The position numbers were made by a program, and so were the translations under genes. A DNA stretch of 64,000 bases from Gammaproteobacteria bacterium (GTDB lineage Bacteria > Pseudomonadota > Gammaproteobacteria > Burkholderiales > SHXO01): NCBI GenBank assembly GCA_041487115.1, contig JBGPMS010000001.1:908-64907 (forward strand), written 5' to 3'. Shown here piece after piece: positions 47,992-57,393 of this stretch (positions within the stretch are counted from its first letter, which is position 1; the number at the start of each line of letters is the position of its first letter). The notes below the pieces were generated by a model that worked only from the letters and a program-made list of their open reading frames with translations, was not told where the DNA came from and did not search any database.

Positions 47992-49113
47992 ATGAACCAG
48001 CCTTCAGTCGGCATCGCTGTTCTGCTTTTGACGCTGCTTTGCGGTTGCTCGACCTTGGAGACCAAGAAGATCGACTACAAGTCCGAGAGCAAGCAAGTGC
48101 GTCCCCTGGAGATCCCGCCGGATCTCAGCTCGCCCAACCCCAGCGACCGCTACGTGGTGCCTGACACGAACTCCGCGACCTTTTCCGATCTGAATCCGGG
48201 TCAGCCAGGGCGCAGTGTCAATACCGGGATGCTGCCGCAACCCGACAAGGCCCATATCGAGCGTGCCGGCAGCCAGCGCTGGCTGGTGGTGGACGGAGCT
48301 TCGGAGAAGGTGTGGCCGGTGGTCAAGGAGTTCTGGCAGGAGAACGGCTTCATCGTCATCTCGGAGAACGCCGAAACCGGAATCATGGAAACCGACTGGG
48401 CCGAGAATCGCGCCAAGATCCCGCAGGGTTGGGTCCGTAACGTGGTAGGCAAGGTGCTCGACCAGGCGTATTCGTCTCCCGAGCGTGACAAGTTCCGCGC
48501 GCGTCTGGAGCGCGGGCAGAAGGCCGGCACGACCGAGATATACGTGTCTCACCGCGGCATGTACGAGATGTACGTCAACGACGCGAACTTCCGCCAGACC
48601 GGCCGCACGGTGTGGCAGGCACGCGCTCCCGATCCGGAACTGGAGGCGGAAATGCTGCGCCGGCTGCAGGGCAAGTTCACGGGCGAGCAGGTGGTCGATA
48701 CCGCCCAAGGCAAAGGGACCAAGCCGGCGGCGGCCCCACCACGGGCGGTGGTAAGCAAAGAAGCCAACGGCACCCCGGTGCTGGCCCTTACCGACGACTA
48801 CGACCGTGCCTGGCGCCGCGTAGGCCTGTCCCTGGACCGCCTCGGCTTTACCGTGCAGGACCGCGACCGTGCGGGCGGGCTGTACTATGTCCGCTACCTG
48901 AACCCCGAGAGCGAAGCCAAGAAGCCAGGGCTCCTGTCACGGCTCGCGTTCTGGGAGAGCGACGCGCCCAAGGGCAAGGCGGAGGATTATCGCATCGCTG
49001 TGGCCGAGGCGAAGCCCGGCTCCCAGGTCCACGTGCTGAGTGCAGACGGCAAGCCCGACAATTCGGAGGCAGCCGCGCGCATTCTCACCGTGCTTCAGGA
49101 AGACCTCAAATAG
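47992..49113 (+). CDS. bamC: outer-membrane protein assembly factor BamC (lipoprotein)
   Basis: Lipobox LLCGCS, N-terminal LEIPPDL motif, and conserved dapA-bamC synteny. Confidence 0.8.
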   Translation: MNQPSVGIAVLLLTLLCGCSTLETKKIDYKSESKQVRPLEIPPDLSSPNPSDRYVVPDTNSATFSDLNPGQPGRSVNTGMLPQPDKAHIERAGSQRWLVVDGASEKVWPVVKEFWQENGFIVISENAETGIMETDWAENRAKIPQGWVRNVVGKVLDQAYSSPERDKFRARLERGQKAGTTEIYVSHRGMYEMYVNDANFRQTGRTVWQARAPDPELEAEMLRRLQGKFTGEQVVDTAQGKGTKPAAAPPRAVVSKEANGTPVLALTDDYDRAWRRVGLSLDRLGFTVQDRDRAGGLYYVRYLNPESEAKKPGLLSRLAFWESDAPKGKAEDYRIAVAEAKPGSQVHVLSADGKPDNSEAAARILTVLQEDLK

Positions 49114-49170
49114 CGACAGCCTCGACCGCGCTCTCGGGCTTCGGGGTCACCGAATGAGGCTCCCTGCCGC

Positions 49171-49938
49171 ATGAGGTTTGCCTCGCTGGGAAGCGGCAGC
49201 AAGGGCAACGCGCTCCTGGTCGAGGTTAAAACCACCCGCATCCTGCTCGACTGCGGATTCGGCCTGGCCGATGCCACACGCCGGCTCGGACGCCTGGGTG
49301 TAGCACCGCAAGATCTGGGCGCCATCGTCGTTACTCACGAGCACGAAGATCACATCGGCGGCGTCGCCCGCTTCGCCCGGAAGCATGGTGTGCCCATATG
49401 GCTCACGCCTGGCACGTTGCGCGGGTTGGAGGGGCTGTTCGATACCGATGTCGACGTGTGCCTGATCCGGGGCTACGCCGGCTTTGCTGTCCGCGATATC
49501 TGTATCCAGCCGTTTCCGGTTCCCCATGACGCACGCGAACCGGCCCAATACATCTTCAGTGACGGCGATCGCCGCCTGGGTGTGCTGACGGATGCGGGTC
49601 ACGTGACTGCACACATGCAGCGTTGTCTCAGCGGCTGCGATGCGCTGTTCCTGGAATGCAATCACGACCCTGAACTGCTGCGCACCTGTGACTACCCCGA
49701 GCGGCTCAAGGCGCGCATCGCCAGCCGCTTCGGCCATCTCGACAACGAGTCGGCGGCGGCTCTGCTGGGGGGGCTGGACCGGACCCGGCTGCAGCATGTC
49801 GTTGCGGCGCATCTGAGCGAAAGCAACAACCGGCCCGAGCTCGCGCGCAACGCGCTTGCCGGGGCGCTGGGGTGTGCACCCGAGTGGGTCGCGGTCGCCG
49901 ACCAGCAGGCCGGGCTCGACTGGCGACACCTGACCTGA
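49171..49938 (+). CDS. MBL-fold metallo-hydrolase (YycJ/PhnP-like)
   Basis: LLDCGFG...VVTHEHEDHIGG...HLS. Confidence 0.75.
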   Translation: MRFASLGSGSKGNALLVEVKTTRILLDCGFGLADATRRLGRLGVAPQDLGAIVVTHEHEDHIGGVARFARKHGVPIWLTPGTLRGLEGLFDTDVDVCLIRGYAGFAVRDICIQPFPVPHDAREPAQYIFSDGDRRLGVLTDAGHVTAHMQRCLSGCDALFLECNHDPELLRTCDYPERLKARIASRFGHLDNESAAALLGGLDRTRLQHVVAAHLSESNNRPELARNALAGALGCAPEWVAVADQQAGLDWRHLT

Positions 49939-50069
49939 CGCCGCTCGGTGACCACCGAGGGGATCGGAGGGATCGCAAAAAAACAGCGGACCCGGAAAGC
50001 CGAGCCCGTTGTTTCCTCCAGGCCGCGCCCGGTGGGCGCGCCATCTCCTGTCGCCGGTACGACTGCGAA

Positions 50070-50261
50070 TTACTTCTTTTGCTCCGCCGGTGCAGCAGCG
50101 GGGGCAGGCGAAGCGGCAGTGCCGGAAGCTGCCTCCGGAGCGGGCGCGGGAGCCGGTGCTGCCGCGGGAGCGGGCGGGGGAGCGGGAGCAGGTTCTTCTT
50201 TCTTGCTGCAAGCGGTCAGACCGATTGCCAGGATGGCGGCAATGACCAGGGCGTGTCTCAT
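50070..50261 (-). CDS. small Ala/Pro-rich lipoprotein
   Basis: 63 aa. Lipobox AILAIGLTAC followed by a low-complexity (AP)n tail. Could still be spurious. Confidence 0.5.
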   Translation of the reverse strand: MRHALVIAAILAIGLTACSKKEEPAPAPPPAPAAAPAPAPAPEAASGTAASPAPAAAPAEQKK

Positions 50262-50309
50262 CTACTTTCCTTAACGGTGTCCAGACTGTTGGGGAATGAT
50301 CGAATTGTT

Positions 50310-50356
50310 CGAAACTTGAATCTTCTGAAATGTAATCTTCCGAAACTTGAATCTTC
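50310..50356. repeat. two perfect 16-bp direct repeats (CGAAACTTGAATCTTC), 31 bp apart start to start
   Basis: Copies at 50310-50325 and 50341-50356, plus a third AATCTTC at 50334-50340. They lie in an AT-richer stretch 50-95 nt upstream of the lipoprotein ORF. Confidence 0.8.
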
Positions 50357-50478
50357 CAGAGGACGGCCCCCGGAAGAAGCCGAAATATTAGCAGATTTGT
50401 CAAACAAATCCAGTGGCGCTCTCACCGCCAATCCCTGTGGCATAGGGACTGTGCGATCAGCTGTACTTGACTTCCAGC

Positions 50479-50970
50479 TTACAAGCCCAGCGTGGTTCCC
50501 GACAACGCCGGCGAGGAAGCTTCCCAGATCTCCTCGAAGCGCTGGACGAATCCGTGCGCGTCGTGCGGATCGTCCAGCGCGAGCAGGCCGCGTGAGTCGT
50601 CGTAGTGGAAGCGATGCAGGTAGTCGCGGTCGTCCATCACGACGAAGGGATCATACACCCGCTTTGCCTGCGGCTCGGTTTCGTTAATGCTGACAGCGTG
50701 ACTGAACTGGCGCAGGAGCAGGACCAGGCGTGCGCAGTCGCGCTGCAGATTGGCGGTGTCGTGCAGCACGATCTGGATGCGGTTGGTGCGGCTCACGAGA
50801 AGAAAGTGGCGCAGCAGCTCGTACCGATGGACGCCGACGAATCCACTCCCGAGCTGCCGGTCGAAGATCCGAAGCCTGCGCCCCGGGCGCCCGAACAGCG
50901 TATCGAGCGCATCCTCGTATTCGGCGTTACCTTCGATCTTGCGATGCTGGGGTTGGATCTCTTCGCTCAC
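50479..50970 (-). CDS. hypothetical protein
   Basis: GTG at 50970 is preceded by GGAGAGAGGAG and overlaps the stop of the upstream cupin gene (GTGA). No family recognised. Confidence 0.55.
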   Translation of the reverse strand: MSEEIQPQHRKIEGNAEYEDALDTLFGRPGRRLRIFDRQLGSGFVGVHRYELLRHFLLVSRTNRIQIVLHDTANLQRDCARLVLLLRQFSHAVSINETEPQAKRVYDPFVVMDDRDYLHRFHYDDSRGLLALDDPHDAHGFVQRFEEIWEASSPALSGTTLGL

Positions 50971-52130
50971 GGCTCCTCTCTCCTTGTGCCTGCTGCCGCA
51001 CGCGGGCTCAGATAGCCCGCACCATACCATTCATGCAACACGGCGGCCAGTCCGCGCTGTGTAGTGTCGACTTCGGGCAGCCAGCGCATGTCGGCGAGGC
51101 GGCTCAGCGTGGCGCATGCCCTCCCTTTGACCTCGACCGACTCGCCGTTGATGAAGAACTGATGGCCGGCGTACAGCATCTGGCTCTGCAGGTCGAGGGC
51201 GACGCCTCGGCGCCGAACGCGTGCAGCGAAGGCTGCCGGTGCGAGTCGCGGGTGCGGCGGCGTGAAGAACACGTGCACCTTCGGCTCGGTCAGATATTGG
51301 CCGAGGAAGCGGGCGACGTCTCGCGTGCGCCAGCCGATGCCGTCGAGGCGCTGGGCGACCTCTTCCACCATCGTCCGCGCGATTCGAGCTGGACTGTCCT
51401 GGGGCTTGAGCCCGGGATCCTGGTACAACCCGGCCAGGTCGAGCCGGTCTTCGAGATAGCGCAAGAAGTGGATCCCGAGCTCCTGCCAGGCCGGCGCACG
51501 AAATCCGATTGAATAAGTCATGCACGGATCGAGTGCGACGCCGTCATGCGCCCAGCCTGGAGGCAGGTACAGCATGTCACCCGGCTCCAACGTCCATTCC
51601 TGCTGCGGGCGGAAATCGCGCAGCAGTTTGAGCGGGGCGCGATCCAGCAGCGTCAGGTCGCGCTGATGGCTTATCCGCCAGCGGCGCCGCCCCGCACCCT
51701 GGAGCAGGAACACGTCATAGGAGTCGAAGTGCGGGCCAACCCCGCCACCAGCTGGCGCGTAGCTGACCATCAAGTCGTCCAGCCGCGCGTAGGGCACGAA
51801 GTTGAAGCGGTCCAGCAGCGCCCGTGCCTCGGGAAGGAAGTGATTGACGTCGTGTACCAGCAGCGACCACGCGCGCGCGGGAAGCTGCCGCAAGAAGCTG
51901 CGCTCGAACGGGCCTTGATACGCCTGCCAGCGCCGCCCGCGCCGGATGACGAGCCGTGACTGCGCGTCGTCGCGGCAGGCGAGCTCCGCCAACTCGGCGG
52001 GCGAGAGCAGGCCGGCGAAGCCGGGCAGCGCCGCGCGGACCAACAGCGGGTTCTTCTGCCAGTGCTCGCGCAGAAACCGGCGCGGCGGGTAGCCGCCGAG
52101 CAGCCTAATCGCAGCGTCGGGAGAATGCAT
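50967..52130 (-). CDS. cupin-4/JmjC-like ribosomal oxygenase (RoxA/YcfD-like)
   Basis: FLREHWQKNPLL...GGGVGPHFDSYDVFLLQGAGRRRWRI...PGDMLYLPPGWAHDG. Confidence 0.8.
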   Translation of the reverse strand: MHSPDAAIRLLGGYPPRRFLREHWQKNPLLVRAALPGFAGLLSPAELAELACRDDAQSRLVIRRGRRWQAYQGPFERSFLRQLPARAWSLLVHDVNHFLPEARALLDRFNFVPYARLDDLMVSYAPAGGGVGPHFDSYDVFLLQGAGRRRWRISHQRDLTLLDRAPLKLLRDFRPQQEWTLEPGDMLYLPPGWAHDGVALDPCMTYSIGFRAPAWQELGIHFLRYLEDRLDLAGLYQDPGLKPQDSPARIARTMVEEVAQRLDGIGWRTRDVARFLGQYLTEPKVHVFFTPPHPRLAPAAFAARVRRRGVALDLQSQMLYAGHQFFINGESVEVKGRACATLSRLADMRWLPEVDTTQRGLAAVLHEWYGAGYLSPRAAAGTRREEP

Positions 52131-52245
52131 GCAGCGGATTATATTTCGCCACGCGCCGGCACGTTCGGCGCGATGCGGCGCTAGGCGTCACCCCCAACCA
52201 AAATCGGTTAGAATCGCCGCAGTACTGTCGCTGGAGCAAGGAGCT

Positions 52246-52713
52246 ATGTTGAAGGAAGGCGAAGCCGCACCGGGCTTTGACTTGCCGGATTCGGACATGG
52301 AGATGGTCAGTCTCTCCAGCTTCGCGGGCGGCAAAAACGTCGTCCTCTACTTCTATCCAAAGGACGACACGCCCGGCTGCACGCTCGAGGCGATCGACTT
52401 CAGCGAGCTCGAAGACGCTTTCTCCTCGTTGCAAACCGTGGTCCTGGGCGTGAGCATGGACGACTGCATGAGTCATGGCTCGTTCCGCGACAAGCACGGC
52501 CTGACGGTGCAACTGCTGGCCGATCCCGACGGCGACGTCTGCCGCAATTACGGCGTGCTGCAGGAGAAGGACGTCGACGGGAGGAAGAAGACCGGCGTGC
52601 TCCGGTCCACCTTCATCATCGATCGCAACGGGGTGCTGCGCCACGCGCAATACGGCGTCAGTCCGCGCGGCCACGCGCAGGAAGTGCTCAAACTGGTCAA
52701 GGGAATCGGCTAG
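52246..52713 (+). CDS. bcp: thiol peroxidase Bcp (peroxiredoxin)
   Basis: VVLYFYPKDDTPGCT motif. ATG at 52246 with an AAGGAG RBS. Confidence 0.88.
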   Translation: MLKEGEAAPGFDLPDSDMEMVSLSSFAGGKNVVLYFYPKDDTPGCTLEAIDFSELEDAFSSLQTVVLGVSMDDCMSHGSFRDKHGLTVQLLADPDGDVCRNYGVLQEKDVDGRKKTGVLRSTFIIDRNGVLRHAQYGVSPRGHAQEVLKLVKGIG

Positions 52714-53192
52714 TGCAGATCGCTAAGAACACGGTCGTGTCGTTGACCTATGAGTTGTCGAACACCGATGGGGGGGTCGTCGAAAAGACCGACAAGCCGA
52801 TCAGCTACCTGCACGGCGGCTACGAAGGCATTTTCCCGCGCGTCGAACAGGCGCTCGCTGGCAAGGATGCCGGCTTCGCCTGCGAGGTGCGACTGGAGCC
52901 CGACGATGCCTTCGGCCAATACGAGGAAGCGCTGGTACGGGTGGAGCCGCGCAACCTGTTCCCTGCCAGCGTCAAGGTCGGCATGCAGTTCGAAGGCAGT
53001 GCGGAGGAATCGGGCGAGAGCCGCATCTATACCGTCACCGGCATCAGCGACGGCAAGGTAACGGTGGACGGCAACCACCCGCTAGCCGGCCAGACACTCG
53101 TGTTCTCCTGCGTCATCACCGACGTGCGCGTCGCAAGCGGGGAAGAACTGACCCACGGCCACGTTCACGGCGCCGGCGGCCATCATCACTGA
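52713..53192 (+). CDS. slyD: FKBP-type peptidyl-prolyl isomerase SlyD
   Basis: VVSLTYEL..., an IF-domain, GNHPLAGQTL, and a His-rich tail HGHVHGAGGHHH. GTG start overlaps the bcp stop. Confidence 0.85.
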   Translation: MQIAKNTVVSLTYELSNTDGGVVEKTDKPISYLHGGYEGIFPRVEQALAGKDAGFACEVRLEPDDAFGQYEEALVRVEPRNLFPASVKVGMQFEGSAEESGESRIYTVTGISDGKVTVDGNHPLAGQTLVFSCVITDVRVASGEELTHGHVHGAGGHHH

Positions 53193-53206
53193 TCCGGCAA
53201 AGCCCG

Positions 53207-54016
53207 CTAACCTCCCCGCTTGCCCGTCAGGATATGGATCAGAGGCTCGTACGCCTCCTCGCGCGAGAAGCGCCAGCTCGCCAGCGCCACCGCGACCAGT
53301 GTGAACCCGGCGGTCACCAGGAAATCCAGACCTACCTGCAACTCGGATGCTGAGACTGCTGCCAATGATCCGAGCAGGGCGTGCTTGAGCAGGTCAACGG
53401 CGTAGGTGAAGGGGTTGAGCATGGCGGCGACTTTCAGTGCCACCGGCAGGTTCTCGATCGGGTACAGCGCGCCACTGAGAAAGAATACCGGGAATATCAC
53501 GAAGTTCATGATGGCGGCGAAGTTGTCCAGCGTGCGGGTGAACGCGGCCACCAGGATGCCGATCCCCGCGCAGGCCAGCGACGTCATCAGGATGCCGGCG
53601 AGCAGCAGCGGGTAGTTCATCTGTAAGTTGAGAAAGTCGAGCACCGCGAGTAGCACGACGAGCAGCGCCGCCTGCACGATGCCGGCCAGCGTCGCGGCGA
53701 CGGTCTTGGCCACGATGATCCAGTGGTGGGCGAAGGGCGCGATGATCAGCATGCGCATCACGCCCGACTCTTTGTCGTAGACCATCGTCAGCGCCGCCAG
53801 CATGGCACCGAACAGGATGGTCATGCCGACCACGCCGGGGACGAGGAACTGCTGGTAGTCCACACCGCGCGCGCGCCCGACTACCGTGCCGAACCCGGCG
53901 CCGATCACGAACAGCCAGATGAGCGGGCGCACCATGGCGGAGACGAGGCGCGTGCGCTGGCGGAACATTTTCACCAGTTCGCGTTCGAGGACTGCATAGA
54001 TGGGTCGGACGATCAC
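53207..54016 (-). CDS. ABC-2 type transporter permease
   Basis: 269 aa with about 6 TM segments, overlapping the ATPase gene by 4 nt. Confidence 0.8.
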   Translation of the reverse strand: MIVRPIYAVLERELVKMFRQRTRLVSAMVRPLIWLFVIGAGFGTVVGRARGVDYQQFLVPGVVGMTILFGAMLAALTMVYDKESGVMRMLIIAPFAHHWIIVAKTVAATLAGIVQAALLVVLLAVLDFLNLQMNYPLLLAGILMTSLACAGIGILVAAFTRTLDNFAAIMNFVIFPVFFLSGALYPIENLPVALKVAAMLNPFTYAVDLLKHALLGSLAAVSASELQVGLDFLVTAGFTLVAVALASWRFSREEAYEPLIHILTGKRGG

Positions 54017-54951
54017 GATGGTGAGGCGTTGACCCAGAGAAAAACGTCGTTGAGATTGGGCCGCCGGATGCGCAGCGCGGACACGCGGCTGCCCAGTTCG
54101 CCTTGCAGCGTGGCCATAGCGCTGATGTCCTCCTCGACGTGGCGAAACATGGCCGTGTCACCATCTCTTAGCGCGGGCCCGAGCCGCGGCTCGAGTGCGG
54201 GGACCAGGGTATCCAGGTCGGGTGCCTCCAGCTCGATGATATGCCGTCCGAGCGCATCGACCAGCCCGCGCGGCGTGCCTTGTTGCACGATCTTTCCCGA
54301 CTTGATGAACGCGACGTGGTCGCAGCCGTCGGCTTCTTCCAGATAGTGGGTGGTGAGCAGCACCGTCATGCCGGTGCTGGCGCGCAGCCGCTCGATGAAG
54401 CGCCAAATGCGGCGCCGGTTGGGCAGATCCAGCCCGATGGTGGGCTCGTCCAGAAACAGAATGCGCGGGTGGTGGATGACGCCACGCACGATGTCCAGCG
54501 CGCGCCGCATGCCGCCCGACAGCGCGCCGACCGGGCGGTTGCGCATGTCGTTCAGGCCGAACAACTCCAGCAACTCCCGGGCACGCGACTCGATCACGGC
54601 AGGCGCAAGATCGTAGAGCAGGCCGGCAAACCGCAGGTTTTCCGCGACCGACAGGGTGCGGTCCAGCGCTGATTCCTGGAACACCAGGCCAATCGCCCCA
54701 CGCACGGCCACCGACTCTCGCGTGACATCGTGGCCGGCCACCGTGGCAGAGCCCGTGCTGGGCCGCACCAGGGTGGAAAGCATGTGGATGGTGGTGGTCT
54801 TGCCCGAGCCATTGGGGCCGAGCAAGCCGAAGAATTGGCCGGAAGCGATCTCGAGCTCGAGGCCGTCCACGGCGAGAACCTCGCCGTAGCGCTTGGTCAA
54901 GCCGTGCGTGCGGACCGCTGCTTCGAGTGCGACAGGACGGGTATCGTTCAT
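54013..54951 (-). CDS. ABC transporter ATP-binding protein (DrrA-like)
   Basis: Walker A GPNGSGKTT, signature LSGGMRRAL, Walker B ILFLDEPT. Confidence 0.9.
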   Translation of the reverse strand: MNDTRPVALEAAVRTHGLTKRYGEVLAVDGLELEIASGQFFGLLGPNGSGKTTTIHMLSTLVRPSTGSATVAGHDVTRESVAVRGAIGLVFQESALDRTLSVAENLRFAGLLYDLAPAVIESRARELLELFGLNDMRNRPVGALSGGMRRALDIVRGVIHHPRILFLDEPTIGLDLPNRRRIWRFIERLRASTGMTVLLTTHYLEEADGCDHVAFIKSGKIVQQGTPRGLVDALGRHIIELEAPDLDTLVPALEPRLGPALRDGDTAMFRHVEEDISAMATLQGELGSRVSALRIRRPNLNDVFLWVNASPS

Positions 54952-54963
54952 GCCGCGCCGATT

Positions 54964-55185
54964 CTAGTGTCCTGAGTCATAAGTTCGCCGCCGAAAACCG
55001 CCCAGTTGGCCGCCATGCTGTGTTCCGAAGCCTCGCCGTGGTGCCCGCCACTGCCGAGGCTTCGCGCCTTGCCTGGCGGCCAACTGGACGGTTTTCCAGT
55101 CGGCACTGGGGCTGTTGCAGCCGACGCGCCCAATCGCTCCGGCGGTACCAGAGGTCGCCGACGAACTTACCACTCAGGACACTAG
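54964..55185. mobile_element. 222-bp palindromic MITE with IS630/Tc1-mariner-type CTAG/TA ends
   Basis: About 30-bp imperfect TIRs: CTAGTGTCCTGAGTCATAAGTTCGCCGCCG at the left, and the reverse complement of the right end reads CTAGTGTCCTGAGTGGTAAGTTCGTCGGCG. Both ends lie in CTAG. Internal inverted repeats CCAGTTGGCCGCC/GGCGGCCAACTGG and GAAGCCTCG/CGAGGCTTC. No coding capacity. Confidence 0.75.
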
Positions 55186-55195
55186 CGCACGAGGC

Positions 55196-56377
55196 TCAAC
55201 CGACCGGCGTAGTCTCCGGTTGGCTCTTCTCGCTGAGCTTGCGGGAGTTCTTGTCGTCGCGGAAGACGATGGGGTGCACGGTGACTGGCTGGCCTGTAGT
55301 CTGGGCCTTGGCGGTCACGTCGGTAATCAGGTGGTGCTTGGGCGACAGATCGCAGACCGGGTCGGTGTTGGTCGCATCGCCGGTGAGCATGTAGGCCTGG
55401 CAGCGACAGCCGCCGAAATCCTTGGTTTTTTCCGGGCAGCTGCGGCAGGGCTCCTGCATCCAGTCATCGCCGCGGTAGGCGTTGAAGCCGGGTGACTCGT
55501 GCCAGATCCAGCGGACATCGTGATCGCGCACATTCGGGAACGTGAGTGCCGGCAGCATGCGTGCTTCGTGGCAAGGCAGGGCAAGGCCGTCGGCCGCGAT
55601 GTTGAGAAACACCGAACCCCAGCCGTTCATGCATGCCTTCGGACGCGTAGCGTAGTAGTCCGGCACCACGAAGTAGACCTTGCACTTGTTCCCCATCCGG
55701 GTGCGAAACTGGTTGGTGATCGCCTCCGCGCGCACCAGTTGCTCGCGGCTGGGGAGCAGCTGATCGCGGTTGATCAGCGCCCACGCGTAGTACTGAGTGT
55801 TGGCCAGCTCCAGGTGCTCCACGCCCATCGCTTCGGCCATGTCCAGGATAGCCTGGATGTGGTCGATATTGAGCCGGTGCAGCACCACGTTGAGCACCAT
55901 CGGATATTCGTACTGCTTGATCAGCTTCGCCACCTTCTCCTTCAGCTCGAAGGTGCGCGTGCTGCTGAGGAAATCGTTCAACTCGCGGGTGGAGTCCTGG
56001 AACGAGAGCTGGATCTGGTCCAGGCCGCCTTCCTTGAACGCGGCGATGCGCTTCTCGGTCAGCCCGACGCCGGAGGTGAGCAGGTTGGTGTAGTACCCGA
56101 GCCGATGGGCCTCGGCGACCATCACCTCGACGTCGTCGCGCAGGAGCGGCTCACCGCCCGAGATGCCGAGTTGCACCGCGCCCAGCTCGCGCGCCTCGCG
56201 CAGCACGCGCAGCCAGTCCTCAGTAGACAGTTCCGGCCCGGAGCGGGCGTAATCCACCGGGTTATAGCAGTAGATGCAGTGCAGCGGGCAGCGGAATGTG
56301 ATTTCCGCATTGAGCCAGAGCGGATTGCTTATCTTGCGCTCAGCCGGCTTGTTTGGCACGAATCCAGCCTCGTCCAT
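55196..56377 (-). CDS. pqqE: PQQ biosynthesis radical-SAM enzyme PqqE
   Basis: CPLHCIYCYNP radical-SAM cluster motif and a SPASM-like C-terminus (CRSCPEKTKDFGGCRCQA). Confidence 0.93.
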   Translation of the reverse strand: MDEAGFVPNKPAERKISNPLWLNAEITFRCPLHCIYCYNPVDYARSGPELSTEDWLRVLREARELGAVQLGISGGEPLLRDDVEVMVAEAHRLGYYTNLLTSGVGLTEKRIAAFKEGGLDQIQLSFQDSTRELNDFLSSTRTFELKEKVAKLIKQYEYPMVLNVVLHRLNIDHIQAILDMAEAMGVEHLELANTQYYAWALINRDQLLPSREQLVRAEAITNQFRTRMGNKCKVYFVVPDYYATRPKACMNGWGSVFLNIAADGLALPCHEARMLPALTFPNVRDHDVRWIWHESPGFNAYRGDDWMQEPCRSCPEKTKDFGGCRCQAYMLTGDATNTDPVCDLSPKHHLITDVTAKAQTTGQPVTVHPIVFRDDKNSRKLSEKSQPETTPVG

Positions 56378-56630
56378 GGGCCACCTCCAAAAAATCCATC
56401 ACGTCCTGGCGCAGATCGTTGCCGGGGAATGCCTGCTCGAGCTTCTCGACGATGCCTGCCGCCGTGGTTTTGCCGTCTATGCATTTCATGATTTCGCCCG
56501 CGCTGCCCGACAGCTTGATCATGCCTTCGGGATAGAGCAGCACGTGCGACTGCTGCGCGGCCTCCCACTGGAAGCGGTACTGCCGCTCCAGCTCGATGAC
56601 CGCGTCGGCGGCGATGCGAGGCTCACTCAT
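56340..56630 (-). CDS. pqqD: PQQ biosynthesis peptide chaperone PqqD
   Basis: 96 aa. [23 protein letters not shown]. Overlaps pqqC and pqqE, as is usual. Confidence 0.88.
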   Translation of the reverse strand: MSEPRIAADAVIELERQYRFQWEAAQQSHVLLYPEGMIKLSGSAGEIMKCIDGKTTAAGIVEKLEQAFPGNDLRQDVMDFLEVAHGRGWIRAKQAG

Positions 56631-57384
56631 CGGGCATCGGGGTCCCGGCGCCCGCGCGCTCGGGACCGATTCCGTAGGCGATCTGCATGGCGTCGAGCAT
56701 GGACCACAGGATGTCCAGCTTGAACTGCAGAATGTCCAGCGCGCGCTGCTGCTGATCGCGCGTCTTGAAATAGTCCAACGTCACGCGCAGCCCGTGTTCC
56801 ACGTCGCGCCGCGCCTCCGACAGGCGCTTGCGGAAATAGGCGTAACCAGACTGGTCGATCCACGGGTAGTGCTGGGGCCAGTTCGATAGCCGTTCCTTGT
56901 GGATTTCCGGCGCGAACAGCTCGGTGAGGCTGGAGCACACCGCTTCCTGCCAGGGGGCGTGGCGGCCGAAGTTTACGTAGGCATCGATGGCGAAGCGCAC
57001 CCCCGGCAGCACGCGCTGGAGCGAGGTGACCTCGTCGCGCGCGAGGCCCACGGCCTCGCCCAGGCGCAGCCAGGCCTGGATGCCACCCTCGTCGCCTTGC
57101 GCCCCGTCGTGGTCGAGGATGCGCTGGATCCACATGCGCCGATGATCGCGGTCCGGCATGTTGGACAAGATGGCCGCGTCCTTGATGGGGATGCTGATCT
57201 GGTAGTAGAACCGATTGCAGACCCAGCTCTGGATCTGCTCCCGGGTCAGCTTGCCGCTGTTCATGGCCACCTGGTAGGGGTGGTAGATGTGGTAGCGCTT
57301 GCCTTTGCCGCGCAGCCTTTGCTCGAACTCCTCTTTGCTCCAAGGCTGGTCGGCTGACTGCGGCATGTTCTCCGGTGCGCCCAT
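56623..57384 (-). CDS. pqqC: pyrroloquinoline-quinone synthase PqqC
   Basis: [32 protein letters not shown]. Confidence 0.93.
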   Translation of the reverse strand: MGAPENMPQSADQPWSKEEFEQRLRGKGKRYHIYHPYQVAMNSGKLTREQIQSWVCNRFYYQISIPIKDAAILSNMPDRDHRRMWIQRILDHDGAQGDEGGIQAWLRLGEAVGLARDEVTSLQRVLPGVRFAIDAYVNFGRHAPWQEAVCSSLTELFAPEIHKERLSNWPQHYPWIDQSGYAYFRKRLSEARRDVEHGLRVTLDYFKTRDQQQRALDILQFKLDILWSMLDAMQIAYGIGPERAGAGTPMPDE

Positions 57385-57393
57385 GGCATTCTC

